A stretch of 64,000 nucleotides of DNA, from NCBI GenBank assembly GCA_945865365.1, contig CAMBDL010000006.1:2994-66993 (forward strand). The letters are read 5' to 3'. Positions 18,498-29,493 of this stretch are shown piece by piece. The position numbers and the translations under genes are program-made. Each line of letters begins with the position of its first letter. The stretch's first letter is position 1. Source of the DNA: Streptomyces griseus (GTDB lineage Bacteria; Actinomycetota; Actinomycetes; Nanopelagicales; Nanopelagicaceae). The notes under the pieces were generated by a model. That model was not told the origin of the DNA, did not search any database, and was given only the letters and a program-made list of their open reading frames with translations.

Positions 18498-19880
18498 TTA
18501 ATTACCCGGGCTCACCGTTGACATATTGAAATCCTTAATAACAAGTGCTGGCACAGCCATATTGGTTATATCCCCGGCCCATTCACGAGGCTGAGTCCAT
18601 TCGCTAGCTCCAGCGTGTGCAATACGGTTCAGTGCGGATACAGGGGAGTCATTCCAACGGAAATTATTTGTCGCACCAACTACCTCGCCGCCCTTGACGT
18701 GATAAACACCATCACGTGTTAGGCCAGTAAGAAGTAGGGAGTTTGGATCAACCATTCGGATATACCAGAATGTTGTCAGTAGGAGTCCGTTATCAACTTT
18801 AGAGATTAAATCTGTGAGTGTTCCCGTGCCACCATCAACACTCATGATTGCATTTTCGCCAATAGGTGTGAAATCAAGAGAGGTTAATTGGGCGGTTGCT
18901 CGAGTTTGTATCAACGACTGTAGAACTCCATCTTTAATCCAGTCAATATGCTTAATTGGTTGACCATTATCAAAGACCGATGAGAAAGGTGAACTCACGG
19001 CAGTTCCAACAAAATTAGCGGCCGGCAACTGTGCATAGTTAGGATCACTAAAGAATTGGAAGCCAACGTTAGATATTTTCTCACCTACGCGTGTTCCACC
19101 ACCTGGCTTTGAAAATACACTTTGACCTTCAAATGCATCGCGTGCTCCAGAAACCCACAACATATAGGTAAATAGATCTGCAACACTGCCCGATGGCAAA
19201 ATTGTGTCGTAGCGACCTGCAGGCATATCTACTTTTTTGGCCTGCCAATTAAGGCGTTGGCGAATATCGGCATCGATTGCAGAGACAGATACGTTCTTAA
19301 AATCGCGTGTCTCAATACCAGACCACGTTGAACGTGAGCGCTGATGTGACTTGCCAGTCATTTCAACGCGACCAACAGGTGAATCTTTACGCAGACGCAT
19401 TCCACCCTTTGAACCAATCCAGGTTGTTTCATGCGTGTGTTCGGCGTAACCAAAGAGCTCTATGTCATCGCTGACTGAGCGTGCAAACATATCTCCCAGT
19501 GCTGGCGCAAAATCTTTAAAGATTTCCGGTCCAGTAGGCACGTGCTGGCCATTCCAATCACCCAATGAAACATTCTTAGCTAATGGTGCGAAATCTTCCG
19601 CCTTGCCGGCAGCCTTTGCCGCCGCTATGGCCTGTTCTAGCAACTGTGGAATATCAGCCTCGTTGACATCAGTACGTGTAACACCGCCGGAAGCCATGCC
19701 AGCACCATGAGCAATAAATGCGATGACGGTGACACTTCGTTCTGTAATAACCCCATTAGTTGTTAACGTACTGGCAGCCCACCGAAGATTTGCCTGTGTC
19801 TTATCTTTTACAACAACGATGCAATCATCACATGTTGCGGCAGATGTGATTTTTTCAATTAGATCTTGAGCAGAAATCAT
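18498..19880 (-). CDS. TldE/PmbA-family metalloprotease subunit
   Basis: TGLTRDG...NNFRWNDSP C-terminus; overlaps the tldD stop by 4 nt. Confidence 0.85.
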   Translation of the reverse strand: MISAQDLIEKITSAATCDDCIVVVKDKTQANLRWAASTLTTNGVITERSVTVIAFIAHGAGMASGGVTRTDVNEADIPQLLEQAIAAAKAAGKAEDFAPLAKNVSLGDWNGQHVPTGPEIFKDFAPALGDMFARSVSDDIELFGYAEHTHETTWIGSKGGMRLRKDSPVGRVEMTGKSHQRSRSTWSGIETRDFKNVSVSAIDADIRQRLNWQAKKVDMPAGRYDTILPSGSVADLFTYMLWVSGARDAFEGQSVFSKPGGGTRVGEKISNVGFQFFSDPNYAQLPAANFVGTAVSSPFSSVFDNGQPIKHIDWIKDGVLQSLIQTRATAQLTSLDFTPIGENAIMSVDGGTGTLTDLISKVDNGLLLTTFWYIRMVDPNSLLLTGLTRDGVYHVKGGEVVGATNNFRWNDSPVSALNRIAHAGASEWTQPREWAGDITNMAVPALVIKDFNMSTVSPGN

Positions 19881-21379
19881 TTTCCAGCCTCCGCAACAGT
19901 ATTGAGAATATTAACTTTGTCGAATATCGCCGCTGGGCAACCATGACTAACGGCTGCAACCTGACCGGGTTGGGCTTTACCGCAGTTAAAAGCTCCACCC
20001 AAAACATAGGTCGATGGGCCACCGACAACTTTCATCGAGCCCCAGAAATCAGTAGTTGTAGCTTGATAGGCAACATCTTTTAATTGACCAACAATCTTTC
20101 CATTCTTCACGCGATGGAACTGTTGACCAGTAAATTGAAAGTTATAGCGCTGCATATCAATAGACCAAGACTTATCACCTTTGATAATGATTCCATCCTC
20201 CATGGAAGAAACCATCTCGTCATAGGTAGGACCAGTTGGATTTGGCTGTAGTGAAACATTTGGCATTCGTTGAATTGGAACATGAGCAGGGGAGTCTGAG
20301 TAGGCACAGCCATTGCTGCGATCGCGATTTACCGCAGCTGCGATGCGACGATCTAATTGATATCCAACCAAAATTCCATCTTTAATGATGTCCCATTGTT
20401 GGGCGGCAACACCTTCATCATCAAATCCAACCGTGCTTAAACCGTGAGGAGTATTACGATCACCTGTCACATTCATGAGTGCTGATCCATATTTCAAAGT
20501 GTTCAATTTGTCAGGGGTAGCAAATGATGTACCAGCGTAATTTGCTTCATAACCAATTGCGCGATCTAGCTCGGTTGCATGGCCAATAGATTCATGAATT
20601 GTTAGCCACAAATTAGATGGATGAACTAAAACGTCGTATCGACCAGGCACAACTGAAGGAGAAGCTACTTTTTCGGCTAACAAAGCGGGTAGTTCTGCAA
20701 TCTCTACATCCCAATTCCAATGTGTATTGCCCATCCATTCCCAGCCAAAACCAGAAGGTGCGGCAAGTGTGCGCATTGATTCAAAGCCACCTGCGCCGAT
20801 TGATATCGCCTCGATTTGGGTCTGCATACGAACACGCTGCTGGGTCGTACTAGTGCCATATGAATCTGCGTAATGTTTTTGTTCTTTTACGTACATGGCA
20901 TGAGCTGACGTGTGATTAACATTGCTACTCTTTAGAAGAGAGTGACTCAAATCCGCTAAGCGATCTTTCTTATCTGAATCTGAGACTGAAAATGGATCGA
21001 TTTCATAATCAGAGACCCATGTCTTCTGTGCATAAACAGGCTCAGTGACAAGTGAGATCTCTTGAGTTGAAAGCGGCTTAGAAGTTTTGGCCATAGCTAC
21101 TGCAGTGAGTGCTAATTGCTCGGCAACCTTTACTGAAATCTCTGGACTAGATGCAAAGCCCCATGCACCATTAACAATGACTCGCACGCCAACACCTGCC
21201 AGAGTTTCATCGCTCTGGGTTTCAGGTTTTGCATCACGCAACGCTAGTAAACCTGTACGTGTGCGCTCGATTCGAACATCAACATGTGATGCTCCAGCGC
21301 TTGTAGCAGTTGCGATTGCAGCATCAGAGACTGCAGTCAATGGGAGGCTGAGAAAATCTGCATCGATAGTTTTATTCAC
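19877..21379 (-). CDS. tldD: TldD metalloprotease subunit
   Basis: HESIGHATELD HExxxH motif, CGKAQPGQ; leaderless-type start GTG 21379. Confidence 0.92.
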   Translation of the reverse strand: MNKTIDADFLSLPLTAVSDAAIATATSAGASHVDVRIERTRTGLLALRDAKPETQSDETLAGVGVRVIVNGAWGFASSPEISVKVAEQLALTAVAMAKTSKPLSTQEISLVTEPVYAQKTWVSDYEIDPFSVSDSDKKDRLADLSHSLLKSSNVNHTSAHAMYVKEQKHYADSYGTSTTQQRVRMQTQIEAISIGAGGFESMRTLAAPSGFGWEWMGNTHWNWDVEIAELPALLAEKVASPSVVPGRYDVLVHPSNLWLTIHESIGHATELDRAIGYEANYAGTSFATPDKLNTLKYGSALMNVTGDRNTPHGLSTVGFDDEGVAAQQWDIIKDGILVGYQLDRRIAAAVNRDRSNGCAYSDSPAHVPIQRMPNVSLQPNPTGPTYDEMVSSMEDGIIIKGDKSWSIDMQRYNFQFTGQQFHRVKNGKIVGQLKDVAYQATTTDFWGSMKVVGGPSTYVLGGAFNCGKAQPGQVAAVSHGCPAAIFDKVNILNTVAEAGK

Positions 21380-21588
21380 GCCCACACTTTAAAGCACGCC
21401 CTCGGTAGATGCCACAGGGGAGTTGTTTCAAGTGAGGCGCCATCCCAGACGAAAAAGGAGAGAAATGAGAGAAAAAAGCGAGAAATCCCATGAATTTCTG
21501 CGCGTTATTGCGTGGTTAAGCCTGATTGCTATGCCTTTGCTGGCAAGATTACCTGTATTAACATCAACCCAGTAATGGAGAGACCTTT

Positions 21589-21861
21589 ATGAATAAGAAA
21601 GAGATCGTTGCAAAGCTAGCCGCAGATTCAAAGCAGTCAGAGAGTGCTGTCTCATCAGTTCTAGAGGCACTTGAAGGTCTAGCTATTTCAATGCTTCAAA
21701 GCAAGGAGAAGTTGGTTCTCCCAGGTTTTATCTCAATTGAGGCAGTTGCACGTGCTGCTCGTTCAGGCCGTAACCCACAAACAGGCGCAGTTCTGCAGAT
21801 TCCTGCACGCACTGGTGTGAAGGTTAGTGCTGGAACAAAGCTTAAGAAGGCAGTTGCTTAA
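21589..21861 (+). CDS. hup: HU family DNA-binding protein (short, no PAKK tail)
   Basis: LPGF...RAARSGRNPQTG...IPA motif; GGAG SD. Confidence 0.93.
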   Translation: MNKKEIVAKLAADSKQSESAVSSVLEALEGLAISMLQSKEKLVLPGFISIEAVARAARSGRNPQTGAVLQIPARTGVKVSAGTKLKKAVA

Positions 21862-21878
21862 TTAACTAGCTTTTAAGT

Positions 21879-21913
21879 AAAAAGAGGGCGTGAGAATTTC
21901 ACGCCCTCTTTTT
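21879..21913. terminator. Bidirectional intrinsic terminator between hup and gdhA
   Basis: AAAAAGAGGGCGTGA-GAATT-TCACGCCCTCTTTTT perfect stem. Confidence 0.92.
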
Positions 21914-21923
21914 AATTCACTGT

Positions 21924-23162
21924 TTATGGATACAGGCCACGCAACTTATGAGCCTCGGCAACTCGTGCAACACCCAACATGTGTGCAGCTTCACGCCATG
22001 TAACCTTTCGTGACTTAGCCATCTCTTCAACCTCACTAAAGGCTTTTAACATAATTCGGTTGAGATTTGTTTTTACTTCACTGGCATCCCATGAATAATT
22101 CTGCTTATCTTGAACCCATTCGAAATAGGAGACAATTACTCCGCCTGAGTTGGCCAAAATATCAGGCACAACTAAAATGCCTTTCTCGTTTAATATCGCA
22201 TCGCCCTCTGGTGATGTTGGCGCGTTAGCTCCTTCAACAACTACCTTTGCTTTAACTCCAGGTGCGGTATGGCCGGTAATGGCATCAGATAAAGCGGCAG
22301 GAATCAGTACGTCGACATCTAAATGAAGAAGCTCTTCGTTAGTGAGGCGATCCGTACCGGGTGCATCTAAGCTCTTGTGTGCCAAAAAGTGTTCCCATAA
22401 TTCACTCACACTCTTAAAGCCAGTAACCGCGCCATGAACATCGCTCACGGCCACAATTCTGAGTCCCATATTTTCTAGAGCAATAGCTGCCCAATAACCA
22501 ACTTTTCCAAAACCTTGAATTGCAACAGTTGCACCGATCGGATTAATCCCACGAGCATGTAAAGCTTGCATAGTCGAAATGGCAACACCATCTCCAGTTG
22601 CAGAGTTTCGACCTAGTGATCCACCTAAAACAATTGGCTTTCCGGTCACTACTCCAGGTACGGAAAAACCTGCATTGACTGAGTATGTATCCATCATCCA
22701 GGCCATATTGCGCTCGTCGGTGCCAACATCAGGAGCAGGAATATCGCGTTCTGGTCCGATGATGGGAAGAATCTCTGATGTATATCGACGTGTTAACCGC
22801 TCATTTTCGCGGTCAGATAACGTTGCAGCATCAACTGCAATTCCACCTTTCGCCCCGCCGAATGGAAGATTCGTTAAAGCGCATTTCCATGTCATTAACA
22901 TGGCTAGCGCAATTGTCTCTTCAAGATCGATCTGAGGGTGGAAGCGAACTCCACCTTTAGAAGGCCCGCGTGTAGTTGAGTATTGAACTCGAAAGCCTTT
23001 ATACATTTCGACTTTATCGTTATCGCGACGCAGTGGAACGGCTACTTCTAAGATTCGCCGTGGTGTTGACAGTGTTTGCCAATCATTTTCTGAAAGGCCC
23101 AATTGATCTACTGCCGTGCGTAATTGCGCGCGCGCAGTTTCGAAAGCTGACTCCGTTGTCAT
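21924..23162 (-). CDS. gdhA: Glu/Leu/Phe/Val dehydrogenase (glutamate dehydrogenase)
   Basis: KGGVRFHP, GGAKGG, PAPDVGT, TGKP, QGFGKVG, EGANAP. Confidence 0.93.
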   Translation of the reverse strand: MTTESAFETARAQLRTAVDQLGLSENDWQTLSTPRRILEVAVPLRRDNDKVEMYKGFRVQYSTTRGPSKGGVRFHPQIDLEETIALAMLMTWKCALTNLPFGGAKGGIAVDAATLSDRENERLTRRYTSEILPIIGPERDIPAPDVGTDERNMAWMMDTYSVNAGFSVPGVVTGKPIVLGGSLGRNSATGDGVAISTMQALHARGINPIGATVAIQGFGKVGYWAAIALENMGLRIVAVSDVHGAVTGFKSVSELWEHFLAHKSLDAPGTDRLTNEELLHLDVDVLIPAALSDAITGHTAPGVKAKVVVEGANAPTSPEGDAILNEKGILVVPDILANSGGVIVSYFEWVQDKQNYSWDASEVKTNLNRIMLKAFSEVEEMAKSRKVTWREAAHMLGVARVAEAHKLRGLYP

Positions 23163-23221
23163 GCCTTGAATCTATGTGAAAACTCGAGAAAAGACTAATT
23201 TAAGCGGCTAGCGGCAAGGTT

Positions 23222-24328
23222 TTAGAGTGTTGTCACTTGATGGGTTGCCTTGCTTAACCACGTTGGATTTATTTCTACACCCCATCCAGGCTCTGAAGGA
23301 ATCTGGATTTTCCCGTCTTCAATTGCAAATGGATCTCCAAGAAACAGATCCTTTTGCCAAGGATAATAATCAAAGCCCTCAATAGAAAACTCAAGATATT
23401 TGCCGGGATTATCAATCGCGCCCAGTAAATGAATAGTACAAATCGTAACGAGTGAAAGATTAGCGCTGTGCGGGGTGATTGGCATATTAGCTTTTTTAGC
23501 CATCTCAACAACCTTCAAGGTTCTCCATAGACCACCCATATACATTATGTCTGGTTGCAAAATATCTACAGCCCGCATATCAATCATGCGTTGCCATGTG
23601 ACTAAATCCCAATCTTGTTCACCGCCGGTAACATCGATTGCAAGTGCATCGGTAACGCGCTTGGTCTCTTCAAGCTCCCAATATTTACAAGGCTCTTCAA
23701 AATGAGTAATACCTTCGGCCTCAAGGAGGCCACCAACGTCAATTGCTCGTTGAGGCGAGAAGCCACTATTGCCATCGACCAGCTTGGAAACTCCCTCGCC
23801 TAGTGCACGCGAAACGACGGGCACAACTTCTTCAGTTCGCCCAGGCCACTCATCAACATCACTGCCACATTCAGCACCCACGCGCCATTTAAAGGCATCA
23901 AAACCATATGTGTCACGAAGTTTCACAAAGCGCTCGGCCTCTTGCTGTGGAGTTATGTCGCGTTTCATAGATGATGCATACGTGCGAAGTCTTCTGGGTG
24001 TGCCGCCGAGAAGCTCCACAACCGGTTTACCTTCAGCACGACCACGAAGATCCCACAGGGCTGTATCAAGTCCGGCATTTGCCCGGCATCGATAACTGCC
24101 TGGATATTTATGCTCTTTAGCTTCGATCAGGGTAATTAATGCACCAATATCCGATGCATCTTTACCGATTGCCCAGGGTGCAATTTGGCGGTGAAAGACT
24201 TTGGCAGTGATGTCGGCATTGTAGTTTGATGTTTGACCCCATCCAATGTGACCATCGGTTGTAGTCACTTTAACAAAGCAGACAAACTCATCCGTAAATG
24301 TTTCTAGAGATGAGATCGTGCCAAACAT
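23222..24328 (-). CDS. Mandelate racemase/muconate lactonizing enzyme family protein
   Basis: [15 protein letters not shown], metal ligands in VDGNS/FEEP/GGEQ, QPD...PH, PGWGVE. Confidence 0.9.
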   Translation of the reverse strand: MFGTISSLETFTDEFVCFVKVTTTDGHIGWGQTSNYNADITAKVFHRQIAPWAIGKDASDIGALITLIEAKEHKYPGSYRCRANAGLDTALWDLRGRAEGKPVVELLGGTPRRLRTYASSMKRDITPQQEAERFVKLRDTYGFDAFKWRVGAECGSDVDEWPGRTEEVVPVVSRALGEGVSKLVDGNSGFSPQRAIDVGGLLEAEGITHFEEPCKYWELEETKRVTDALAIDVTGGEQDWDLVTWQRMIDMRAVDILQPDIMYMGGLWRTLKVVEMAKKANMPITPHSANLSLVTICTIHLLGAIDNPGKYLEFSIEGFDYYPWQKDLFLGDPFAIEDGKIQIPSEPGWGVEINPTWLSKATHQVTTL

Positions 24329-25377
24329 TACCCAGCAGCCTTAACAAAGACTGGTATATCAAGAAGTGAGACAGTTACTGGCGCGCCTGCACCAAGGCCA
24401 GCAGCATCAGGACTTGGCAATTGCGCAGTTATGCGAGTGCCATCGTTGAGTGAAATACTCAAGCGGCATGTAGCACCTAAGAAGCTGGCAGAAGAGACTG
24501 TTGCATTTCCTGATTTGCTTGCAACCACATCAATGCTTTCAGGGCGGACTAATGCAATTCCAGAGCCAGAAGTAATTGAGCCTAGAAGTGTTTTAACAAC
24601 TCCACCTAGAATTTCAATAGTTCCACCACTAACTTTTCCGGCGATTGGATTAGTCAGGCCCACGAACTCGGCAACAAAAGCAGTGTTGGGTCGATCATAT
24701 AACTCAGCTGGGGCTGCAATTTGCTCAAGCACGCCATTGCGCATCACGCCGACACGATCGGCAATACCCAACGCCTCTTCTTGATCATGGGTAACAAAAA
24801 GAGTGGTTGTACCAAGCTCCACCTGGATACGGCGGATCTCTTCGCGCAACTGGGTGCGCACCTTTGCATCAAGTGCAGATAGAGGTTCATCGAGCAGTAA
24901 AACTTTTGGAGAGATTGCTAAGGCGCGGGCCAATGCCACACGTTGTTGCTGTCCGCCAGATAGTTGGTAGGGATAGTGATGAGCGTGGGTAGAAAGGCCA
25001 ACTAAATCTAATAACTCGCCCGAACGGGCTTTGCGCTTATCTTTTGACGTCTTATGTGCGCGAAGTGTTAATCCATACTCAACATTTTCTCGTGCAGTCA
25101 TATGTGGGAAGAGCGAATAGGCCTGAAAAACCATTCCCATGCCGCGCTTATTGGCGTTTTGAAATGTTACATCTTTGCCATCCACAATCATCTGGCCTCG
25201 ATCTAGAAGCTGCAGACCAGCCAGTGCGCGAAGCGCAGTTGTTTTTCCGCAACCAGAAGGACCAAGCAGTGCCACGAGCTCGCCCTCGGCGATATCTAGG
25301 CTTAAGCCATCAAGGGCTTTGACCTTGCCAAAGTGCTTAGCACAATCAACTAACTGTACATATGCTGATGAGCTCAA
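24328..25377 (-). CDS. PotA/AfuC-like ABC ATPase
   Basis: [27 protein letters not shown]-like C-terminus. Confidence 0.93.
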   Translation of the reverse strand: MSSSAYVQLVDCAKHFGKVKALDGLSLDIAEGELVALLGPSGCGKTTALRALAGLQLLDRGQMIVDGKDVTFQNANKRGMGMVFQAYSLFPHMTARENVEYGLTLRAHKTSKDKRKARSGELLDLVGLSTHAHHYPYQLSGGQQQRVALARALAISPKVLLLDEPLSALDAKVRTQLREEIRRIQVELGTTTLFVTHDQEEALGIADRVGVMRNGVLEQIAAPAELYDRPNTAFVAEFVGLTNPIAGKVSGGTIEILGGVVKTLLGSITSGSGIALVRPESIDVVASKSGNATVSSASFLGATCRLSISLNDGTRITAQLPSPDAAGLGAGAPVTVSLLDIPVFVKAAG

Positions 25378-25395
25378 CGTATGGGTCCTTATCTC

Positions 25396-26190
25396 TTAGG
25401 CGATGTCAACGTCAAGAACAGCGCCTTGACGTTTCTTGGTAGGGATGATGAGCAGCAAGAAGAGAACAAAGAGTAGTGCGGCTAGTGAGACTGCAACTGC
25501 AACATTGCCATTTTGTCTGCCAATTTGAGCGATAACAACTTGGAAGGTCTTAAAGTTAAGAATATTTGAAATCGTATATTCACCAAGCACAAGTGCAATA
25601 GCGATAAATGAGCCATTGACGATTCCGGTTTTAATCGTCGGCATAATGATTCCAAAGATTACCCGAGAAATCGATGCACCTAAAGTCGTGGCGGCTTCGG
25701 CCAATGTATGAATATCTACGGCATCCAGGGCGGCCGATAGTGATCGATACGTGTATGGAAGAATCAACATCGAATAGACGCCAGCCAAAGTTACTGGTGA
25801 TTCACTAATGTTGATAGAGATCCACCGGTACAGAGGAGCGATTCCAACCACAATTACGATCGCTGGAATAGCTAAAGGCAGTAAACACAAGAGCTCAAAT
25901 GGGCGACGTAGAATCGGAAGTTTTAAGTGAACCCAGATTGCTGTGGGAACAATCATGAACAAGATAAGCGCCATGACTATCGCTGCAGTAATTAATGAGC
26001 GCGAAATTGCAGCTAAGAGATCTGGCTGTGATGGAATCATTGCGTACGCGCGAAAAGTTCGCCCGGTATCGGCAAATCCAAAGGGCTTAGTTGAGAAATC
26101 AAACATTGCATACAGCGGGACCAAAAGGTAAAGGGCCACGACTGAGATGATCGTCCAACGCCACAGGCGCACTCCTAGAGACTGCTTCAT
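25396..26190 (-). CDS. ABC permease (PotC-like)
   Basis: EAATTLGAS EAA motif; ATG 26190 overlaps the upstream TGA (ORF track 26205). Confidence 0.9.
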   Translation of the reverse strand: MKQSLGVRLWRWTIISVVALYLLVPLYAMFDFSTKPFGFADTGRTFRAYAMIPSQPDLLAAISRSLITAAIVMALILFMIVPTAIWVHLKLPILRRPFELLCLLPLAIPAIVIVVGIAPLYRWISINISESPVTLAGVYSMLILPYTYRSLSAALDAVDIHTLAEAATTLGASISRVIFGIIMPTIKTGIVNGSFIAIALVLGEYTISNILNFKTFQVVIAQIGRQNGNVAVAVSLAALLFVLFLLLIIPTKKRQGAVLDVDIA

Positions 26191-27104
26191 CGCTTCTGCT
26201 CCCATTTGCTAACCTTGCGGCGCAGCAAAGCATAAAGACTCATCACGATAACGACAACGATGACCATGAATAGTGATAGAGATTTTGCTTCGGCGGGATT
26301 AGATCCACCAGTCTCGCTTGTAAGTGCCGTTGCGATTTCAAGAGGCGTAAGAAAATCCGATAAATTAATAAGAGTATTAGCCGTTGCATATGCTGAAAAT
26401 GAGTTAACAAAGAGTAGTAAAGCCGCGCCGACAAATGATGGTGTCAAAATTGGAATTCCGATACGCAGCCAGTATTCATAGGCTTTACCACCGAGGGCAT
26501 CGGATGCTTCGCGCCACTGTGGCTTCAAATTCTCTAACGTTGGCAAGAAGACCAAAACCATCAGTGGAATTTGGAAAAACGTGTAAAGCACACTCAAGCC
26601 AGTCATCCCGTAGAGCCAGGTTGAATCAGCTAAGAAAGTATTTGGTAAGAACTTCACTGCCAGGGTCGATACTAAGCCGTTGAAACCAAAAGTTGCCAAG
26701 AATGCAAAGGTCAACATAACGCCGCCGAACTGTGCCAAAACGCTACTAAGTGCAACGGAGATCTTATAAAAAACTCCACCAGGCTTTCCTGTTGCTATCG
26801 CCCAAGCAAAGAGACCACCCAGCACAGCTCCCACAAGTGCAGTCTTCGTCGAAAGTTCAAGTGAGTTTGCAAAGGCATGACGTGCAATGGGGGAGTTAAA
26901 GACTTCTCTTAACTCTGTTGTACTGAACTTGCCATAGTTATCCTTGAGTGCACCAGAGATTACATTCCAGGTTGGATATAAAAGGAAGAGACCAGTTAAA
27001 AGTAAAAACGGTAAGACTCCTAGATAGGCGCTCTTACTGCGCCAATACCGAGAACCGGTCCTGCCAATGGCAGAACCGGTTCCCTTGTATTGAAGCTGAG
27101 TCAA
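26187..27104 (-). CDS. ABC permease (PotB-like)
   Basis: WREASDALGG EAA motif, multiple TM segments. Confidence 0.9.
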   Translation of the reverse strand: MTQLQYKGTGSAIGRTGSRYWRSKSAYLGVLPFLLLTGLFLLYPTWNVISGALKDNYGKFSTTELREVFNSPIARHAFANSLELSTKTALVGAVLGGLFAWAIATGKPGGVFYKISVALSSVLAQFGGVMLTFAFLATFGFNGLVSTLAVKFLPNTFLADSTWLYGMTGLSVLYTFFQIPLMVLVFLPTLENLKPQWREASDALGGKAYEYWLRIGIPILTPSFVGAALLLFVNSFSAYATANTLINLSDFLTPLEIATALTSETGGSNPAEAKSLSLFMVIVVVIVMSLYALLRRKVSKWEQKR

Positions 27105-27122
27105 TGAATCAGATCTCAGTTT

Positions 27123-28253
27123 TTAGTTTGTTCCTACAGCTGCTGGCCACGCAGTCTTAAGATATGCGCGAGCCTTTGTTGTCTGATCAGCAGTTGCCTT
27201 TTCAGCAAGTACCTTGCTGTTTCCGATTGCCGCTTTACCAGCTGCAGATGCACGGCCAGTCTTTAGAAGCCATACCCATAGCGTTGGTGTGGCGCCACCG
27301 GATGCAAATACTGTTGCACCTGTTTCGCCAAGTGTGTATTCCATCCAAAGGCGAGCACATGCTGGATGTGGTGCCCATGCTGAAACTGCGCTGTTATAGG
27401 TAGATCCAACTGCAGCAGGGGTGTACATCTTCCATACCTTGCCAGCAGCAGCCATAGCCTTGATAACTCCAGCTTGGATGTAGCCATTGTCAATAACAAC
27501 TGGAGTCTGACCAGATGCAATTGTTGCCTCGGTTGGGTTGACGTTAATGAAGTTACCGGCAGCCTTCAACTTAGCGAAGAACTCCACGCCCTTTGTGACG
27601 TCATCAAATGATCCACCAACTGCCTTATTGATCATGAAGATACCGTTCATGGCAGCAGATGAACCTAGTGGGTCACCGTTCAGAGCAATCTTGCCCTTGA
27701 ACTTTGGATCCAATAGATCGCTGAGCTTAGTGATTGTGCCAAGGTCGCCGCTATAACCAATTGTCATAGTTCCTGTGTAGTTAGGAGTTACTTCAGCGCT
27801 TGGATCTACTGTTGATGCAAACTGCAAGTATTTCCAATTCTTAACCTTGTATGGTGCAAAAGTCTTTGTGTCTAGGTACTTAACCGCAACGGCCAGACCA
27901 ATGTCGAATACGTCAGGTGAACGGGATGTGCCCTTATTTGTTACTGCGGCATCGATCTCTTCCTGAGAAGAGCCTTCTGGGTTAGCTTCATCGATCTTCA
28001 CGCCGTATGTCTTAGCAAATCCTGTAATCATGTCACCGTAGTTTGCCCAGTAATGTGGCAGTGCGATGACGTTGAGTTGTCCCTCTTTTTTACAAGCCGC
28101 TGCAAGTCCAGTCAGACCTCCGCCTTGGGAGGCAGATGTAATAGTTGCATAGTTAACCTTTGCAGACGCTGCCGTAATACCTACTGCTGGAATCGCAAGT
28201 GCTACAGCAACTGCTGCAACTACGGATCCCGTAGTGAGTTTTGAAAACTTCAC
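27123..28253 (-). CDS. ABC substrate-binding protein (PotD/AfuA-like fold)
   Basis: KKEGQLNVIALP..WANYG, APHPACARLW; AGGAGG SD; signal peptide ending ASA. Confidence 0.88.
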   Translation of the reverse strand: MKFSKLTTGSVVAAVAVALAIPAVGITAASAKVNYATITSASQGGGLTGLAAACKKEGQLNVIALPHYWANYGDMITGFAKTYGVKIDEANPEGSSQEEIDAAVTNKGTSRSPDVFDIGLAVAVKYLDTKTFAPYKVKNWKYLQFASTVDPSAEVTPNYTGTMTIGYSGDLGTITKLSDLLDPKFKGKIALNGDPLGSSAAMNGIFMINKAVGGSFDDVTKGVEFFAKLKAAGNFINVNPTEATIASGQTPVVIDNGYIQAGVIKAMAAAGKVWKMYTPAAVGSTYNSAVSAWAPHPACARLWMEYTLGETGATVFASGGATPTLWVWLLKTGRASAAGKAAIGNSKVLAEKATADQTTKARAYLKTAWPAAVGTN

Positions 28254-28360
28254 TGATTTCCTCCTATGTGTAAGTGGTATGTGATTTCATACTTCTAACA
28301 ATCTTGCAGTACACGTGTTGACTGCAAGCCGATAGATTTTTTACTTACGCGCAGACATCT

Positions 28361-29461
28361 TTAGTCAAAGACCAAGACGTTTCGCGCTCCCTCTCCAGCT
28401 CTCAAACGATCGAAGGCTAGATTAAGACCCTCTAAACCTATCCGCTCTGAGATGAGTTCGTCTAGGAAAAGATGGCCATTTAGATAACTTTTAACTAACT
28501 TTGGAACATCCTCTTTCAAGTTAGCCGAGCCAAAGTAACAGCCCTTTATGTACTGTTCGTTTACAAAGGGGCCGGCATCTAGGGTCAAGGTAGCGCCATT
28601 CTTGAGCAGACCTACCAAGATCAACCCACCGTCGACATCGACCGTGCCCCATGCTTGCTGGATTGTCGATTCACGCCCCAAGGCCTCAAAGGCATAATCA
28701 ACTCCCCCACAGATTTTTTTAACCTCTGCAACAGGATCACTCGTTGAGGCGTTAATCGTGTGCGTTGCTCCCACTGTGCGTGCGAGCTCTAATTTCTCCT
28801 CGGTCACATCAATGGCAATGATCGTCGTTGCACCTGCCATACGCGCACCTTGAACAATGTTTAATCCAACCCCGCCGCAACCAAAAACGGCAACACGAGA
28901 ACCGGCCTTAACCTTGGCGGTGTTCATGACTGCGCCATAGCCAGTGAGCACTGCGCAACTAATAAGTGCGGCACGATCCAGAGGCATCTCTTTAGGGATT
29001 ACTACGGCACCGGATGCGGGCACGACAACGTATTCGGCAAAAGATGCCACCGTTAAAAAGTGATTTATTTTTTCGCCATGAGCACTCAAACGGCTCGTGC
29101 CATCGAATAACCCACCTACGGACATTGCATTGCCGGCAGTCGAGCAGTAGTTGGGGCGTCCGGACTCGCAGTAATCACACGTTCCACAGCTAGGAACGAT
29201 CGACATGATCACGTGATCGCCAACATTGAAACCAGTTGTCTCTGGGCCCACTTCAACCACAACTCCCGCTGCCTCATGTCCGATCACTGCAGGAAATGGA
29301 ACTAGCTTGCGCTTGCCATCGACGGCATTGAGATCGCTTGCACAAAGCCCACTAGCAGCGACCTTTACTAGCAGCTCTCCAGATTGAGGTTTATCTAAAT
29401 CTATTTCGCGAACTTCAAACTGTGCACCGATACCATCTAATACTGCCGCTTTCATTTTCAC
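28361..29461 (-). CDS. Zn-dependent medium-chain alcohol dehydrogenase
   Basis: GHEAAG, CGTCDYC..C structural Zn site, VFGCGGVG. Confidence 0.92.
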   Translation of the reverse strand: MKMKAAVLDGIGAQFEVREIDLDKPQSGELLVKVAASGLCASDLNAVDGKRKLVPFPAVIGHEAAGVVVEVGPETTGFNVGDHVIMSIVPSCGTCDYCESGRPNYCSTAGNAMSVGGLFDGTSRLSAHGEKINHFLTVASFAEYVVVPASGAVVIPKEMPLDRAALISCAVLTGYGAVMNTAKVKAGSRVAVFGCGGVGLNIVQGARMAGATTIIAIDVTEEKLELARTVGATHTINASTSDPVAEVKKICGGVDYAFEALGRESTIQQAWGTVDVDGGLILVGLLKNGATLTLDAGPFVNEQYIKGCYFGSANLKEDVPKLVKSYLNGHLFLDELISERIGLEGLNLAFDRLRAGEGARNVLVFD

Positions 29462-29493
29462 GTTCGCATACTCCTCCTGCTTAGTAGTGATGG

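Noticed and set aside
18498-21379. TldDE as a RiPP maturation module
   Set aside because: No precursor peptide or YcaO/modifying gene is adjacent; this is the common housekeeping pair
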